Origin: an uncultured virus (IMG/VR IMGVR_UViG_3300033148_004385) | Lineage: Duplodnaviria > Heunggongvirae > Uroviricota > Caudoviricetes | Strand: one strand, 5' to 3' | IMG/VR virus record: IMGVR_UViG_3300033148_004385 | Location: 1 to 64,000 of that record | DNA length: 64,000 nt | Made by a program: the position numbers and the translations under genes | Part shown: positions 39,648-49,363 of the stretch, one piece after another | Layout of the letters: every line of letters begins with the position of its first letter | Position numbering within the stretch: position 1 is the first letter of the stretch | The notes under the pieces: model-generated | The model's input: only the letters and a program-made list of their open reading frames with translations | Database searches by the model: none | Told to the model about the DNA's origin: nothing

Positions 39648-40022
39648 ATGTTTAAATTAATAAGAACAATTAAAAGATTTAAATATACTGTAACACATAT
39701 ATTTACGACTGGAACAATGCCTGAAGAAATGTGGGATTTAAGAACATATATGGCTAAATTCCTTTATACAAGAATAAAACAATTTAGAAAAAGAACCCAT
39801 TCATACCCTTTTAATTTAACACCTAAAGGTTGGAATAGGAAATTAAGAAAAATGGAGCGTGGTTTCTATAAATTAGCTCATTGGGATGATATAATTAGTG
39901 ATTTACATGATAAATATTACAATGATACAAAAAAAGAAAATAAAGCAATTGAACAAGTGGATAAAGACATTAAAGAAGCTTTTAGATTATTACAAGTTTA
40001 TTTTCATGATATGTGGGTTTAA
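39648..40022 (+). CDS. Hypothetical conserved-type phage protein
   Basis: AGGAG RBS; WDL...YP...W...KM...F.D.W pattern. Confidence 0.7.
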   Translation: MFKLIRTIKRFKYTVTHIFTTGTMPEEMWDLRTYMAKFLYTRIKQFRKRTHSYPFNLTPKGWNRKLRKMERGFYKLAHWDDIISDLHDKYYNDTKKENKAIEQVDKDIKEAFRLLQVYFHDMWV

Positions 40023-40035
40023 AAAAAGGGGATAT

Positions 40036-40407
40036 ATGAAAAGATACGATATAGATTTATGTGGTTATAATGATGTATTAGAAGTGCAAATAACAGACAC
40101 GAAAAAGAATAATTATTTAACGCTAATTTACTTAAAAGAATCGGCACAATTTAGCTTTACAATTGATGTAATACCTAAGGGATTTAGTATTGAAATGTAT
40201 ACATATAAGACAGGTTTTATTTTAGAAAAACATAGTTTATTAAAACATTTATTTAAACATAGAGATATTAAGACTCTTATAGATATTAGAATCCCAATAA
40301 AAAATAAATATGATAAAAATTATTTCATTTTTAAATTAAAAGATAAAGGTTTCTTTTTTACAAGTGAAGTTCTCAAAAAACAATTAAAAAAATTATTTAA
40401 GAGGTAG
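40036..40407 (+). CDS. Hypothetical protein
   Basis: GGGG RBS before ATG 40036. Confidence 0.6.
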   Translation: MKRYDIDLCGYNDVLEVQITDTKKNNYLTLIYLKESAQFSFTIDVIPKGFSIEMYTYKTGFILEKHSLLKHLFKHRDIKTLIDIRIPIKNKYDKNYFIFKLKDKGFFFTSEVLKKQLKKLFKR

Positions 40408-40411
40408 GAAG

Positions 40412-41008
40412 ATGGAAATAGTTAATGTTTTATTTTTAATGGCAAGGAAAAAAGAAAACCCATTTTTAAAAAATGATATTGTATTAAGACAAATAACAGG
40501 ACACAATTATATAACATACGAAGATAATAATAACATGGATGTTAGTATATTAAAATCAAAAGCTTTACATATCAGTTATAAATATCTAAATGAAAAAATT
40601 AAATGGAGGTTATACATATCTGTTGATGCAAGAGATGTTAAAAAAGCTAAAATAACTTTGGTTAAAAAAATGATTGATGAAATACATGAAGACAATGAAA
40701 AATTTAATATTAGTGCTATTTGGAAATCTATTTTAATGCAACAAGGGAATAGATTAACTAGGAATTTTTTATTAGATGTAGACACAACAGATAAAAATAA
40801 AATTCAATTCCTTTGGGATAAAATCAAGGAACATGATATTAATATATTACACTTTAAATCAACACCAAACGGCAAACACATAATAACACAAGGTTTCAAC
40901 CCTAATTTAATTAAAGATTTTGATTTTGTTGAGATTAAAAAGAATGCTTTATTTTTCTTAAATTATGTTGATGTGGATGCTAAAGTAAACATGAAACTAT
41001 TCAGTTAA
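40412..41008 (+). CDS. Hypothetical protein with AEP/primpol-like motifs
   Basis: FLLDVD and STPNGKH motifs. Confidence 0.4.
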   Translation: MEIVNVLFLMARKKENPFLKNDIVLRQITGHNYITYEDNNNMDVSILKSKALHISYKYLNEKIKWRLYISVDARDVKKAKITLVKKMIDEIHEDNEKFNISAIWKSILMQQGNRLTRNFLLDVDTTDKNKIQFLWDKIKEHDINILHFKSTPNGKHIITQGFNPNLIKDFDFVEIKKNALFFLNYVDVDAKVNMKLFS

Positions 41009-42622
41009 CATCAAAATTTCATCATTTTCAGTCATCAGATTAAGTGATGTATTGTTAAAAAGCTTTTTAGCTTGTTTTTCAGATACATCAAATTCACTCA
41101 TAATATCGGTTGGTTTTTTTAACCATCCATTCAGTTTACCAACTTCAATATTCAATATTTTTAAAAATCTTTGGTTTAATTTGAAATGAACATTTTTATT
41201 TTTATGTATTTTATATTCAAATAAAACCTTGCCGTCAACATCATAACAATTATGTTTGCCGTAATCAATTGAATCAATTCCGTTATTCAGAAAACCCAAA
41301 GATTCCGCTACTATAGTTAAATCCATTATAGTGTTATTGTCAATTTTACTTTCATCAATTTTTTCATTCCATAAATCAAGGATTTGATGTCCTAAGTTTT
41401 GTATAATTCTATAATCTAAACTGTATTTAGTTGGGACTGGTTTTGTATATCTCCAATTAGCATCTAACCATTTTTCGTTAGATTTATATGCTTTAACATT
41501 TTCTAGGTTTGTTAAATCTTTGAATACTTGAACCATCTGTTCTTTTCTCATTTTATTAAAGTTTTCAACAACCCATATTATAATAGTATAAATGTTGTTT
41601 GCATTGAAATCTAACTTTTGAAACCAAGTTATTTCTTCCAATATTTCTTTTCTTTTTTTGAATGTTAAACGCCTATTTATTGCCTTTAATGTATTAAACG
41701 TTTTTTTCCAATACTTATTCTTTAATTCTTTTATATCTTTCTTGATAGTTTTAATTACACTTTTTTTATTCATACCTAAGTGTTCCAAAAGTTTCATATC
41801 TATTTTAGCTAAAGAAGTATATGTATTCATTAGTTCACTCATTTCTTCTTTATAATTTTCTAATAATATTTTAATATTATCATCACTATTTCTACTTTCT
41901 AATTTGTTTTCTTTCTCTTTTTCTCCATCATTTAAAAATTCAGGTTCTTCATTTACTTCAAAAGAACCAATATTATCTTCAATCCATTCATTAAAAGTAT
42001 CAGATTCACTATTATTTCGTGTTATTTTAATAACATCAACTTTTGCCCTTGCTGGTCTATCACCACCAGAAAAATTAAATGTTCCTAAAATTTCAACATC
42101 ACCCTTTTCATCAATCATTGTTTTTAAAATATTATCATTTTTCCACCTGATTGGTATCACTAGATATATAATGTATGAATTTATTTCTTGTAAAATCTTT
42201 TTAGTCCATTCCTTATAAACACTGTAAGGTGGGTTTGAAAAAGTAATATCAAACTTATGTTCTATTAAAGTTGTTTCAAAATAATCACGACCTAATAGTT
42301 TAACACCATCTTTAATTAAATTATTGCCATGAATAGTTGATAATTCAATACCAAATTTCTCATCTATTTTTATTTTTCTTCCTACATTTGGAAGTTCAAA
42401 CATCCTTCCATCACCAGCGCCAATATCAAGAAAACTACCAATATTTATTTCGTAATACCTTCTATCAATCGTGATATCGGTTTTATGTAAGTAATTGTCT
42501 ATATATAAAGTACCAATGTCTTCACTTATAACATCAATTATTTCCTGTGTGGTTGGATACCACTCGAAATCTTGACCAGCATTTTTTAGATTATTGATGA
42601 AACTATTTGTTGAATTACTCAT
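40997..42622 (-). CDS. SAM-dependent DNA methyltransferase (DUF4942-type, gamma motif order)
   Basis: QDFEWYPT, FLDIGAGDG, FSNPPY, DRPARAKV, KIHKNKNVHFK. Confidence 0.85.
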   Translation of the reverse strand: MSNSTNSFINNLKNAGQDFEWYPTTQEIIDVISEDIGTLYIDNYLHKTDITIDRRYYEINIGSFLDIGAGDGRMFELPNVGRKIKIDEKFGIELSTIHGNNLIKDGVKLLGRDYFETTLIEHKFDITFSNPPYSVYKEWTKKILQEINSYIIYLVIPIRWKNDNILKTMIDEKGDVEILGTFNFSGGDRPARAKVDVIKITRNNSESDTFNEWIEDNIGSFEVNEEPEFLNDGEKEKENKLESRNSDDNIKILLENYKEEMSELMNTYTSLAKIDMKLLEHLGMNKKSVIKTIKKDIKELKNKYWKKTFNTLKAINRRLTFKKRKEILEEITWFQKLDFNANNIYTIIIWVVENFNKMRKEQMVQVFKDLTNLENVKAYKSNEKWLDANWRYTKPVPTKYSLDYRIIQNLGHQILDLWNEKIDESKIDNNTIMDLTIVAESLGFLNNGIDSIDYGKHNCYDVDGKVLFEYKIHKNKNVHFKLNQRFLKILNIEVGKLNGWLKKPTDIMSEFDVSEKQAKKLFNNTSLNLMTENDEILMLTE

Positions 42623-42694
42623 ATGATTCTCCTACGAAATCAAGGCTTAATTGCCATCTGCTTATAATATACGGTTTTTTTTGGATTCGTCAAG
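42623..42694 (-). promoter_or_regulatory. Repeated promoter-hairpin-RBS cassette, copy D
   Basis: Reverse strand TTGACG...CCGTATATTATAAGCAGATGGCAATTAAGCC...AGGAG. Confidence 0.75.
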
Positions 42695-42711
42695 GATTAT
42701 TTTAGTTTTTT

Positions 42712-43101
42712 TTAGAATTTCAGTGTCTTTCTCATTTTAGTCCAAAATGAACTGAAATTATTCCTGTCTTTTATTTCGCCTCTTTTATTAATGAAATATT
42801 GTGCACTGTCATTTTGGATAACATCATTTAGGTCAGTCAATAAATAAACCATGATGTCATCTTTTGTTTTTTGGGTAATCACTCTTCCGTAATCCCCTTG
42901 TGCGTTAATTGTAGTGAAAATTTTTTCACTCTTTTTTAAAAAACCACTAGTAAAACTTGACCGTATATCGTCAGCCCACTTTATTTGTTTTAAAGTCCCC
43001 ACTAATTCAGGTAATTGCGGGATATTGATTTTACCCCATGTAGCAGTTTTTCCTTTTTTAAGTTCGCTAAGTTCTTTCATAACATTTTCATAATCACTCA
43101 T
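42712..43101 (-). CDS. Conserved hypothetical protein
   Basis: LPELVGTLKQIKWADDIR motif common in phage and mobile-element proteins. Confidence 0.7.
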   Translation of the reverse strand: MSDYENVMKELSELKKGKTATWGKINIPQLPELVGTLKQIKWADDIRSSFTSGFLKKSEKIFTTINAQGDYGRVITQKTKDDIMVYLLTDLNDVIQNDSAQYFINKRGEIKDRNNFSSFWTKMRKTLKF

Positions 43102-43154
43102 TTTACCACCTATATAAATATAATATATTTACATCACAAAATAATTTTGGAGAT

Positions 43155-43406
43155 TTAATTTAAATTCTTTTTTTGATACATCTTTTTAACGTCTGCCTTT
43201 ATATCAACAAACATTTTTTCAATACTAAATTTTATGAAAAAACCTAACAGTAAAATTATAATAATTGCAATAACATGCATCTTTATTACCATATCAGGTT
43301 GTGTGTTATATAGCTTAATAGAGCTATAAACATCTAATATTAAAAATGGTGATGTAAATAATATATATTCACCAAGTTCTTTAAGTTTTCTCAATACAGT
43401 ATTCAT
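43155..43406 (-). CDS. Small membrane protein
   Basis: Two hydrophobic segments, GGGAGG RBS. Confidence 0.65.
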   Translation of the reverse strand: MNTVLRKLKELGEYILFTSPFLILDVYSSIKLYNTQPDMVIKMHVIAIIIILLLGFFIKFSIEKMFVDIKADVKKMYQKKNLN

Positions 43407-43480
43407 ATTATCCTCCCAGATTATGGTTTAATTTCCATCTGCTTATAATATACGGATTTTTTTCGAGTTTGTCAAGTGTT
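43407..43480 (-). promoter_or_regulatory. Repeated promoter-hairpin-RBS cassette, copy B
   Basis: Reverse strand TTGACA-17-TATATT, ATAAGCAGATGGAAATTAAACCATAATCTGGGAGGATAAT. Confidence 0.8.
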
Positions 43481-43543
43481 TTATGGTTTTTTTTAAATAT
43501 TTTTAAAATGTTATAATATTTTTTTGGGTTCACTTGGAGGGAT

Positions 43544-44002
43544 ATGGAAAAACATAATATAATATTTTTAGATTTGGATGGTGTTGTTAACAGTCAATTA
43601 TTTTATAAAAAGAGACACGAATTAAATCAAAGAGAACTTGAATTTGATAAAGATGCTTTTGAACTAATAAATGAATTTATAGACGAATATAATTGTAAAG
43701 TTGTAATATCTTCAACTCACCGAGCTGATGGTATTGATAAATTACAAAAAAAATTAAATTCATATGGTTTTAAACATGATATATTTGGTATAACAGGTGG
43801 TTCTAAATGTAGAATTAGGGGATATGAAATTAAAAACTGGATTAGTGAAAACATAGATATAATTAAAAACTATGTGATTTTTGATGATGATTCTGATATG
43901 CTATTATATCAAGCAAAACATTTTTTTCGGTGTGATACATACACAGGAATCACACCTAATATTTTATATCGAGCTGGTAGGTTTTTAGATGGGAAACTAT
44001 AA
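43544..44002 (+). CDS. HAD-superfamily phosphatase (Swiss-Army-Knife RNA-repair-like HAD)
   Basis: FLDLDGV, VVISST.R, RGYEI..W, YVIFDDD. Confidence 0.85.
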   Translation: MEKHNIIFLDLDGVVNSQLFYKKRHELNQRELEFDKDAFELINEFIDEYNCKVVISSTHRADGIDKLQKKLNSYGFKHDIFGITGGSKCRIRGYEIKNWISENIDIIKNYVIFDDDSDMLLYQAKHFFRCDTYTGITPNILYRAGRFLDGKL

Positions 44003-44031
44003 AATGAAATTCTTAAAAAAGAGGTAAAATA

Positions 44032-44667
44032 ATGAATGAAATTGAATTTGAAGAAATTTTAAAACTTGAACCTAAAGATATTAAGAACCAAAGCGTTTTT
44101 ATATCATTTATTAGAAAACATAAAGATAGTTTTCTAATAAATACCCCAATGAATAATAACGAAACAATATTTAACCAAAAATACAACACATTATTTGTAA
44201 TAGACGCTGATTGGTGGGTAATTATTAAAATCATTAAGAATGAATTAATGATAATGGAATATATCACAAATTTCAATAAAAAATATCAGAATAAAATAAC
44301 CAAAAACAATCAGATTATAAAAATTCCTAAAACTGCTATTGATGGATATAAGGCAGTAAGATTTATTAAAATGTATATTGATAGATTGGTTATAGAATAC
44401 CCAACCAGTCGAATAATATTGAACCAGAACTCAGACTTCCATGAATTGGAATTTACTGTTGTTATTGATTCTGATGAACATTATACTGAAATCAGAGAGT
44501 ATTTAGTTGAAAACCTATATTTCATCACTGATTTCCATCAAAAATACCCATTTAATTCTATTCTGATAACATCACACACCGAAACAATTTATTTTGGTGA
44601 AGAACAAATGCATGAAGAAATTGGAAAAGAATATATAAATAAAGAAAATAAAACAATGGAGGTTTAA
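44032..44667 (+). CDS. Hypothetical protein
   Basis: 211 aa ORF, GAGG RBS. Confidence 0.65.
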   Translation: MNEIEFEEILKLEPKDIKNQSVFISFIRKHKDSFLINTPMNNNETIFNQKYNTLFVIDADWWVIIKIIKNELMIMEYITNFNKKYQNKITKNNQIIKIPKTAIDGYKAVRFIKMYIDRLVIEYPTSRIILNQNSDFHELEFTVVIDSDEHYTEIREYLVENLYFITDFHQKYPFNSILITSHTETIYFGEEQMHEEIGKEYINKENKTMEV

Positions 44668-44669
44668 TT

Positions 44670-45032
44670 ATGAAAATGTATAGAATGAAAATACAAACAA
44701 ACACAGAAATAGATGCAAGTATGATTGACGAAAGCGAACCTATAATAATCACTCAATTCAAAAAAGATGGTGATATTAATTATATATATGGAATAGCTTA
44801 TGATAAAAAGAAATTTAAAAAAATAATCAGACCAATATTAGTAAAAAATGAATGCACATTCAAATATGAAAGCATTAAAACAATAGTAAAAGATGTTGGT
44901 GGTTTTAATCAGGGTATTGCTTTAATTATGATATCAACCACTGATAGGGGTTATGGAACTAACAATAATGTCATTATTCCTGATAATTTTAAGTGGGATG
45001 GTTTTTTTGTAACGGATAAAGAAGAGGTATAA
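44670..45032 (+). CDS. Hypothetical protein
   Basis: 120 aa ORF, GGAGG RBS. Confidence 0.65.
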   Translation: MKMYRMKIQTNTEIDASMIDESEPIIITQFKKDGDINYIYGIAYDKKKFKKIIRPILVKNECTFKYESIKTIVKDVGGFNQGIALIMISTTDRGYGTNNNVIIPDNFKWDGFFVTDKEEV

Positions 45033-45085
45033 AAAACATGAAATATAAAAACACATAAATATATTCTTTTAAGTGAGGTAAAAGG

Positions 45086-45424
45086 ATGGGTGAAAAAACA
45101 TTAGGAAACACAGATGCAAATGGAACTAAAAAAAATGTAAAAGATGTAGTATTTTGGGGTGATGGAGATTTAATGGAATTAATATCAAAAGCTTCTTCAA
45201 AAAATGAAAAGTGGATGAAATCAACCAAAGCTATGGAAATAAAGGGATTAGGTGTTTTAGTACAAGCAACAACACAACAAGATAAAAACGTTGCTGAAGC
45301 AATTCATTTTATTAAAGGTGCTGAAATTCTTAGAGTTGTAAAAGATGGTAAAGTAATTAAAAGAGTTATTGTTAAAAGTAAAAAAAGTTTACTGAAAAGG
45401 TTGCTAGAATTATTAGGGTTATAA
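45086..45424 (+). CDS. Conserved hypothetical phage protein
   Basis: LISKASS..EKWMKSTKAMEI motif. Confidence 0.7.
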   Translation: MGEKTLGNTDANGTKKNVKDVVFWGDGDLMELISKASSKNEKWMKSTKAMEIKGLGVLVQATTQQDKNVAEAIHFIKGAEILRVVKDGKVIKRVIVKSKKSLLKRLLELLGL

Positions 45425-45991
45425 AATCATCCTAATTAAATGCCATTTAACTTTATTGACACATTTTTCAACATCATCATTCAAAAATGAAACATAAGAA
45501 CCCAATGCTTTAAGCCCCCAATCAAAATCTTTTTTATCGGCTAAAAAACGTCTGCAAACTTCACTATAATTACCCTCTTCACCTTTTAATTTTTCACGTT
45601 TAATAGCACGTTCAATTAAATCATCTTCAGGTACATCTATATATATTGGTATAATTTGTGTATCAATCTCTTTTTCAAAAAAAGTTTTTAAATCCAAGAC
45701 ACCACGAATAGAAGTTATTAATATATAATCGTCTTCTTTATTTTTTAATATTTCGTCATATGGGATTATATAATAGTTATCGTTATAATATAGCTTTGTT
45801 ATGCTTGTAAGACTATCTACATCCTTTTTTGATATAAAACGATAATTCACACCTTCAATTTCACTTGGTCGCTTAGCCCGTGTTGTGTACTCTAACAAAT
45901 GTGTCAATTTAATTCTTTTATCACTAAGAATTTCTTTTAATATACTATCTTTTCCTGATGCTGATTTACCTATTATACAAAATATTTTCAT
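45419..45991 (-). CDS. gmk: Guanylate kinase
   Basis: P-loop GKSASGKDS, YTTRAKRPSEIEGVNYRF. Confidence 0.88.
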   Translation of the reverse strand: MKIFCIIGKSASGKDSILKEILSDKRIKLTHLLEYTTRAKRPSEIEGVNYRFISKKDVDSLTSITKLYYNDNYYIIPYDEILKNKEDDYILITSIRGVLDLKTFFEKEIDTQIIPIYIDVPEDDLIERAIKREKLKGEEGNYSEVCRRFLADKKDFDWGLKALGSYVSFLNDDVEKCVNKVKWHLIRMIL

Positions 45992-45993
45992 CG

Positions 45994-46605
45994 TTACCTA
46001 TTTTTATTAAACTCAATTAATTTATTAAATAAAAAACCACTATAAGAATATGTTTCATTAGCTGAATTTAATTCTTCTTTTTTGATGTTGTCTATATTAA
46101 ACACCAATTCAATTTTATTAAGTTCCTCATATTTATATTTATAAAGTGGTAAAAATATAACTGGAATGTCATTTTTTAAAGCAATATTAAAACTCTCTTG
46201 TGTACCTGGTGTTAAACCATTAATACCATCATTTCTATAATCAATTATTATTAAAACATTTATTTTAGATGTGAATTCTTTTTTAACATCAATTTCCTTA
46301 GCAATAATTAAATTAGAACCCTCATTATAATATTTTTTATTAAGATGGTTGTTATATTCTAATTCAGACATAATAAGTGTTAATGGTTGTACGTTATTTG
46401 TTTTAAATCGTTGTGATTGTTTTATTAACATAGGTGTTAAATATGGGTGTGAATCATGTGTTATTCTTGCACCATATTTAAAGACTAATCCACTAAATAC
46501 CTGTAAAAACTCTAAAATTTCGTAACCTAAGTTATTATTAGAATTTATTTCAGGAATATTATCAGATATCCCAATATTTAAACCACTTAATAACATTTTA
46601 CTCAT
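45994..46605 (-). CDS. SLOG-like domain protein, degenerate
   Basis: IGISD, GARITHDSHPYLTP (cf. G..L..GGHP..TP), PGTQE...AL...IPVIFL. Confidence 0.5.
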   Translation of the reverse strand: MSKMLLSGLNIGISDNIPEINSNNNLGYEILEFLQVFSGLVFKYGARITHDSHPYLTPMLIKQSQRFKTNNVQPLTLIMSELEYNNHLNKKYYNEGSNLIIAKEIDVKKEFTSKINVLIIIDYRNDGINGLTPGTQESFNIALKNDIPVIFLPLYKYKYEELNKIELVFNIDNIKKEELNSANETYSYSGFLFNKLIEFNKNR

Positions 46606-46621
46606 ATCAACTCCTTATTTA

Positions 46622-47956
46622 TTATTCATTCCCTTCGGATTCTTTAGTAACCACCGGAAATGGTGGGAATATTAAACAACCGTCTGTTTCATTGTCATAA
46701 TCTATTTCATAAATTAGTGAACCCTCTTCATCCCAATGAAAACCCATTCCATGTAACAGGCCATTTTTATAATTTAATTCCGTTTTTTTATTACCATTTT
46801 CATGCCATTCAATGTGTTTACCGTGTCTTTTACCATCTTTATAACTCACTTCACTTCTCTTATTGCCATCTTCATACCAAGTGGTTAACACACCATGTTC
46901 TTTACCATCATTATAATTTATTTGTGAAGACTTCTTACCATTTTCATGATACTTTAATTGTCTACCATCTAATTTCCCATCCTTAAATTCATATTCAGAC
47001 ATTTTAGTGCCATCAGCAATATCATCTTCAATGCTATAATAATAGTGAATAGATTTACCATTTAACACATCATTCATATAATTTTCTTCTGTTTCTTTAC
47101 TTCCATCTTTATACCAAAGAAGTCTTTTACCATATTTTTTTCCAACAATATATTCAACGAAACTTCTTTTGTTGCCAGTGTTCCACCATGTACGAACAAC
47201 ACCATGTAATATATCATTTTCATAATTCTTTTCTGATATTAAAAGACCTTTTTCATATATTCTAGCTATTGTTTTAATATAATGCCATGTAGTAGATTCA
47301 CCATCTTGTTTTCCTTCCTTCCATGTAGTTTCAAATACCTTTTTACCTTCTTCATTCCAAATTACTTCATCACCATCTTTAACACCATTTACAATATAAT
47401 ATGTCTTTTTTTTAGTTCCATCACTCCAAAAATAATCAACCTGTCCATTAACTTCAATGTTATTTTCAAATTTCCTACAAAACCCTAATAAACCATTTTT
47501 ATACCAGAATTTGAATTCACCATCTACTAAACCTTTCTTGTAGTCTATTTCAGTATGTTTTGAACCATCTGAATAATATAAAATTTCTTTACCATGGAAA
47601 AAACCATCTTTGTAATCAATATCCATTTGTTTTACACCATGTTCATTAAATACTAGTTTTTTACCATCTAAAATATCATTTTTGTATGTAGCACGTTCAG
47701 ATACTCCACCACCCTGATGGTATTTAATTCTTTCACCTTCCAGTAACCCATTTTTAAACCTTGTGGTCATTTTTTTATTTCCATCTTCATACCATTCTTT
47801 ACAAACACCATGTGGTGAACCATCTTTAATAACATCTTTAAAAAAAACACCACTCTCATCATCACTTTCAATTATACCAGTGAATGGATTTTGTCTTACT
47901 TCATATATCAGACCATCTTTTTTTGTAACAACATCCTTAAAACCAACTCTTTTCAT
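46622..47956 (-). CDS. MORN-variant repeat protein (YwqK-like) 1
   Basis: 444 aa of MORN_2 repeats after a GLIYE...PFTG leader. Confidence 0.9.
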   Translation of the reverse strand: MKRVGFKDVVTKKDGLIYEVRQNPFTGIIESDDESGVFFKDVIKDGSPHGVCKEWYEDGNKKMTTRFKNGLLEGERIKYHQGGGVSERATYKNDILDGKKLVFNEHGVKQMDIDYKDGFFHGKEILYYSDGSKHTEIDYKKGLVDGEFKFWYKNGLLGFCRKFENNIEVNGQVDYFWSDGTKKKTYYIVNGVKDGDEVIWNEEGKKVFETTWKEGKQDGESTTWHYIKTIARIYEKGLLISEKNYENDILHGVVRTWWNTGNKRSFVEYIVGKKYGKRLLWYKDGSKETEENYMNDVLNGKSIHYYYSIEDDIADGTKMSEYEFKDGKLDGRQLKYHENGKKSSQINYNDGKEHGVLTTWYEDGNKRSEVSYKDGKRHGKHIEWHENGNKKTELNYKNGLLHGMGFHWDEEGSLIYEIDYDNETDGCLIFPPFPVVTKESEGNE

Positions 47957-47992
47957 TTTACCCCTTAAATAAAATTATTATATATGTTATTC
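47956..47992. repeat. 37-bp direct repeat, copy 1
   Basis: TTTTACCCCTTAAATAAAATTATTATATATGTTATTC, identical at 48610-48646. Confidence 0.9.
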
Positions 47993-48607
47993 GCCCTTAG
48001 TACCATCTTTGACTTCCGTGTAATAAACCATCTTAACACCATCTTTGTAAATCATTTCACTTTCTTTATTGCCATCTTCACCCCAAATAATATATTTTCC
48101 ATTGAGTTCACCATTTTGATATGTTTCCAAAAAATGTTTACTATCATTTTCGTACCAATGGCTCTGAATTCCATCCTTTTTTCCATCAATATAATTTTCT
48201 TCACACATTTTATCACCATTTTCCCAACATAAAATATGTTTACCATGTTTTTTTCCATTTACATAGTTTTCTTCCATATTCAAAACACCTTTTTTATTCC
48301 ACTCTAAACTACACCCATGTTCTTTTCCATCTTTATAATTATATTCAAGTCTTTTAGTTCCATCTTCATCCCATATATATTTTTTACCATTCAATTCACC
48401 ATTTTCGTAATTACATTCAGATAGTATAACACCATCTTCATACCTAGTAATTTCTTTGCCATGCCTCTTTCCATCCACATAAATTGTTTCACGTGTTCGT
48501 CCATTTTGAGCCGTATAAATACCCTTCCCAGTAAACACAAGTGGTGTCAACTCATATACCACACCATTTTCAACCACAAGATTCTTATCATCTACTACTA
48601 TTTCCAT
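47987..48607 (-). CDS. MORN-variant repeat protein 2
   Basis: MORN_2 repeats. Confidence 0.9.
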   Translation of the reverse strand: MEIVVDDKNLVVENGVVYELTPLVFTGKGIYTAQNGRTRETIYVDGKRHGKEITRYEDGVILSECNYENGELNGKKYIWDEDGTKRLEYNYKDGKEHGCSLEWNKKGVLNMEENYVNGKKHGKHILCWENGDKMCEENYIDGKKDGIQSHWYENDSKHFLETYQNGELNGKYIIWGEDGNKESEMIYKDGVKMVYYTEVKDGTKGE

Positions 48608-48609
48608 TT

Positions 48610-48646
48610 TTTTACCCCTTAAATAAAATTATTATATATGTTATTC
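48610..48646. repeat. 37-bp direct repeat, copy 2
   Basis: Identical to 47956-47992. Confidence 0.9.
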
Positions 48647-49318
48647 ACCATCTGAAGCATCAATTAATTCACCTTGACTATACAGATAAGTTTTGATTAA
48701 TTTCCCATCAGTATCATAATTACTTTGTAGACCATCTTCAAGACCATTTTTATAAAACAATTTAATATGAAGTTCACCATTTTCATGATACCTTCTTGTT
48801 TCACCTTCCTGTACACCATTTTCATAGTTTACAATTAGATTCACATTCCCATTTTCATACCATTGTTTATATTGCCCGATTGATTTACCATTTTCATATT
48901 CTTCTTCGATGTGTCTTTTATTATTCTCAAAATTATTAAAACATTTCCCATGTTTTTTTCCATCATCATTAAATAATATTTTTCGTTCAATATTACCATC
49001 TTCATAATAATCAGTGAACTCATTAATTGGTTTGCCATCTTTATAATTATATATATATTCGACAAGACCTTCCCCATACATTCGATGTTGTCGACCATGT
49101 TTTAACCCATTTCTGTAATTTTTCTCTGATAATAAAACCCCGCCATCATTCCACTGTGAATATTTTCCATCCTTCAAACCATCTTTATAGTATTCTTCAG
49201 ATTTAATGTTGCCATCAGCGAATCTAGTTCTTAAAACACCTGTGTATGGCTTTTGGTTTATTTCATGTAATAAGCCGTCACTCATTTCTGTTAAATATTT
49301 TGGATTTCCTTCTTTCAT
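48641..49318 (-). CDS. MORN-variant repeat protein 3
   Basis: MORN_2 repeats. Confidence 0.9.
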   Translation of the reverse strand: MKEGNPKYLTEMSDGLLHEINQKPYTGVLRTRFADGNIKSEEYYKDGLKDGKYSQWNDGGVLLSEKNYRNGLKHGRQHRMYGEGLVEYIYNYKDGKPINEFTDYYEDGNIERKILFNDDGKKHGKCFNNFENNKRHIEEEYENGKSIGQYKQWYENGNVNLIVNYENGVQEGETRRYHENGELHIKLFYKNGLEDGLQSNYDTDGKLIKTYLYSQGELIDASDGE

Positions 49319-49363
49319 TTTATTCCTTATAAGTAAAATCTAATTATATTATATTTTTTATAT

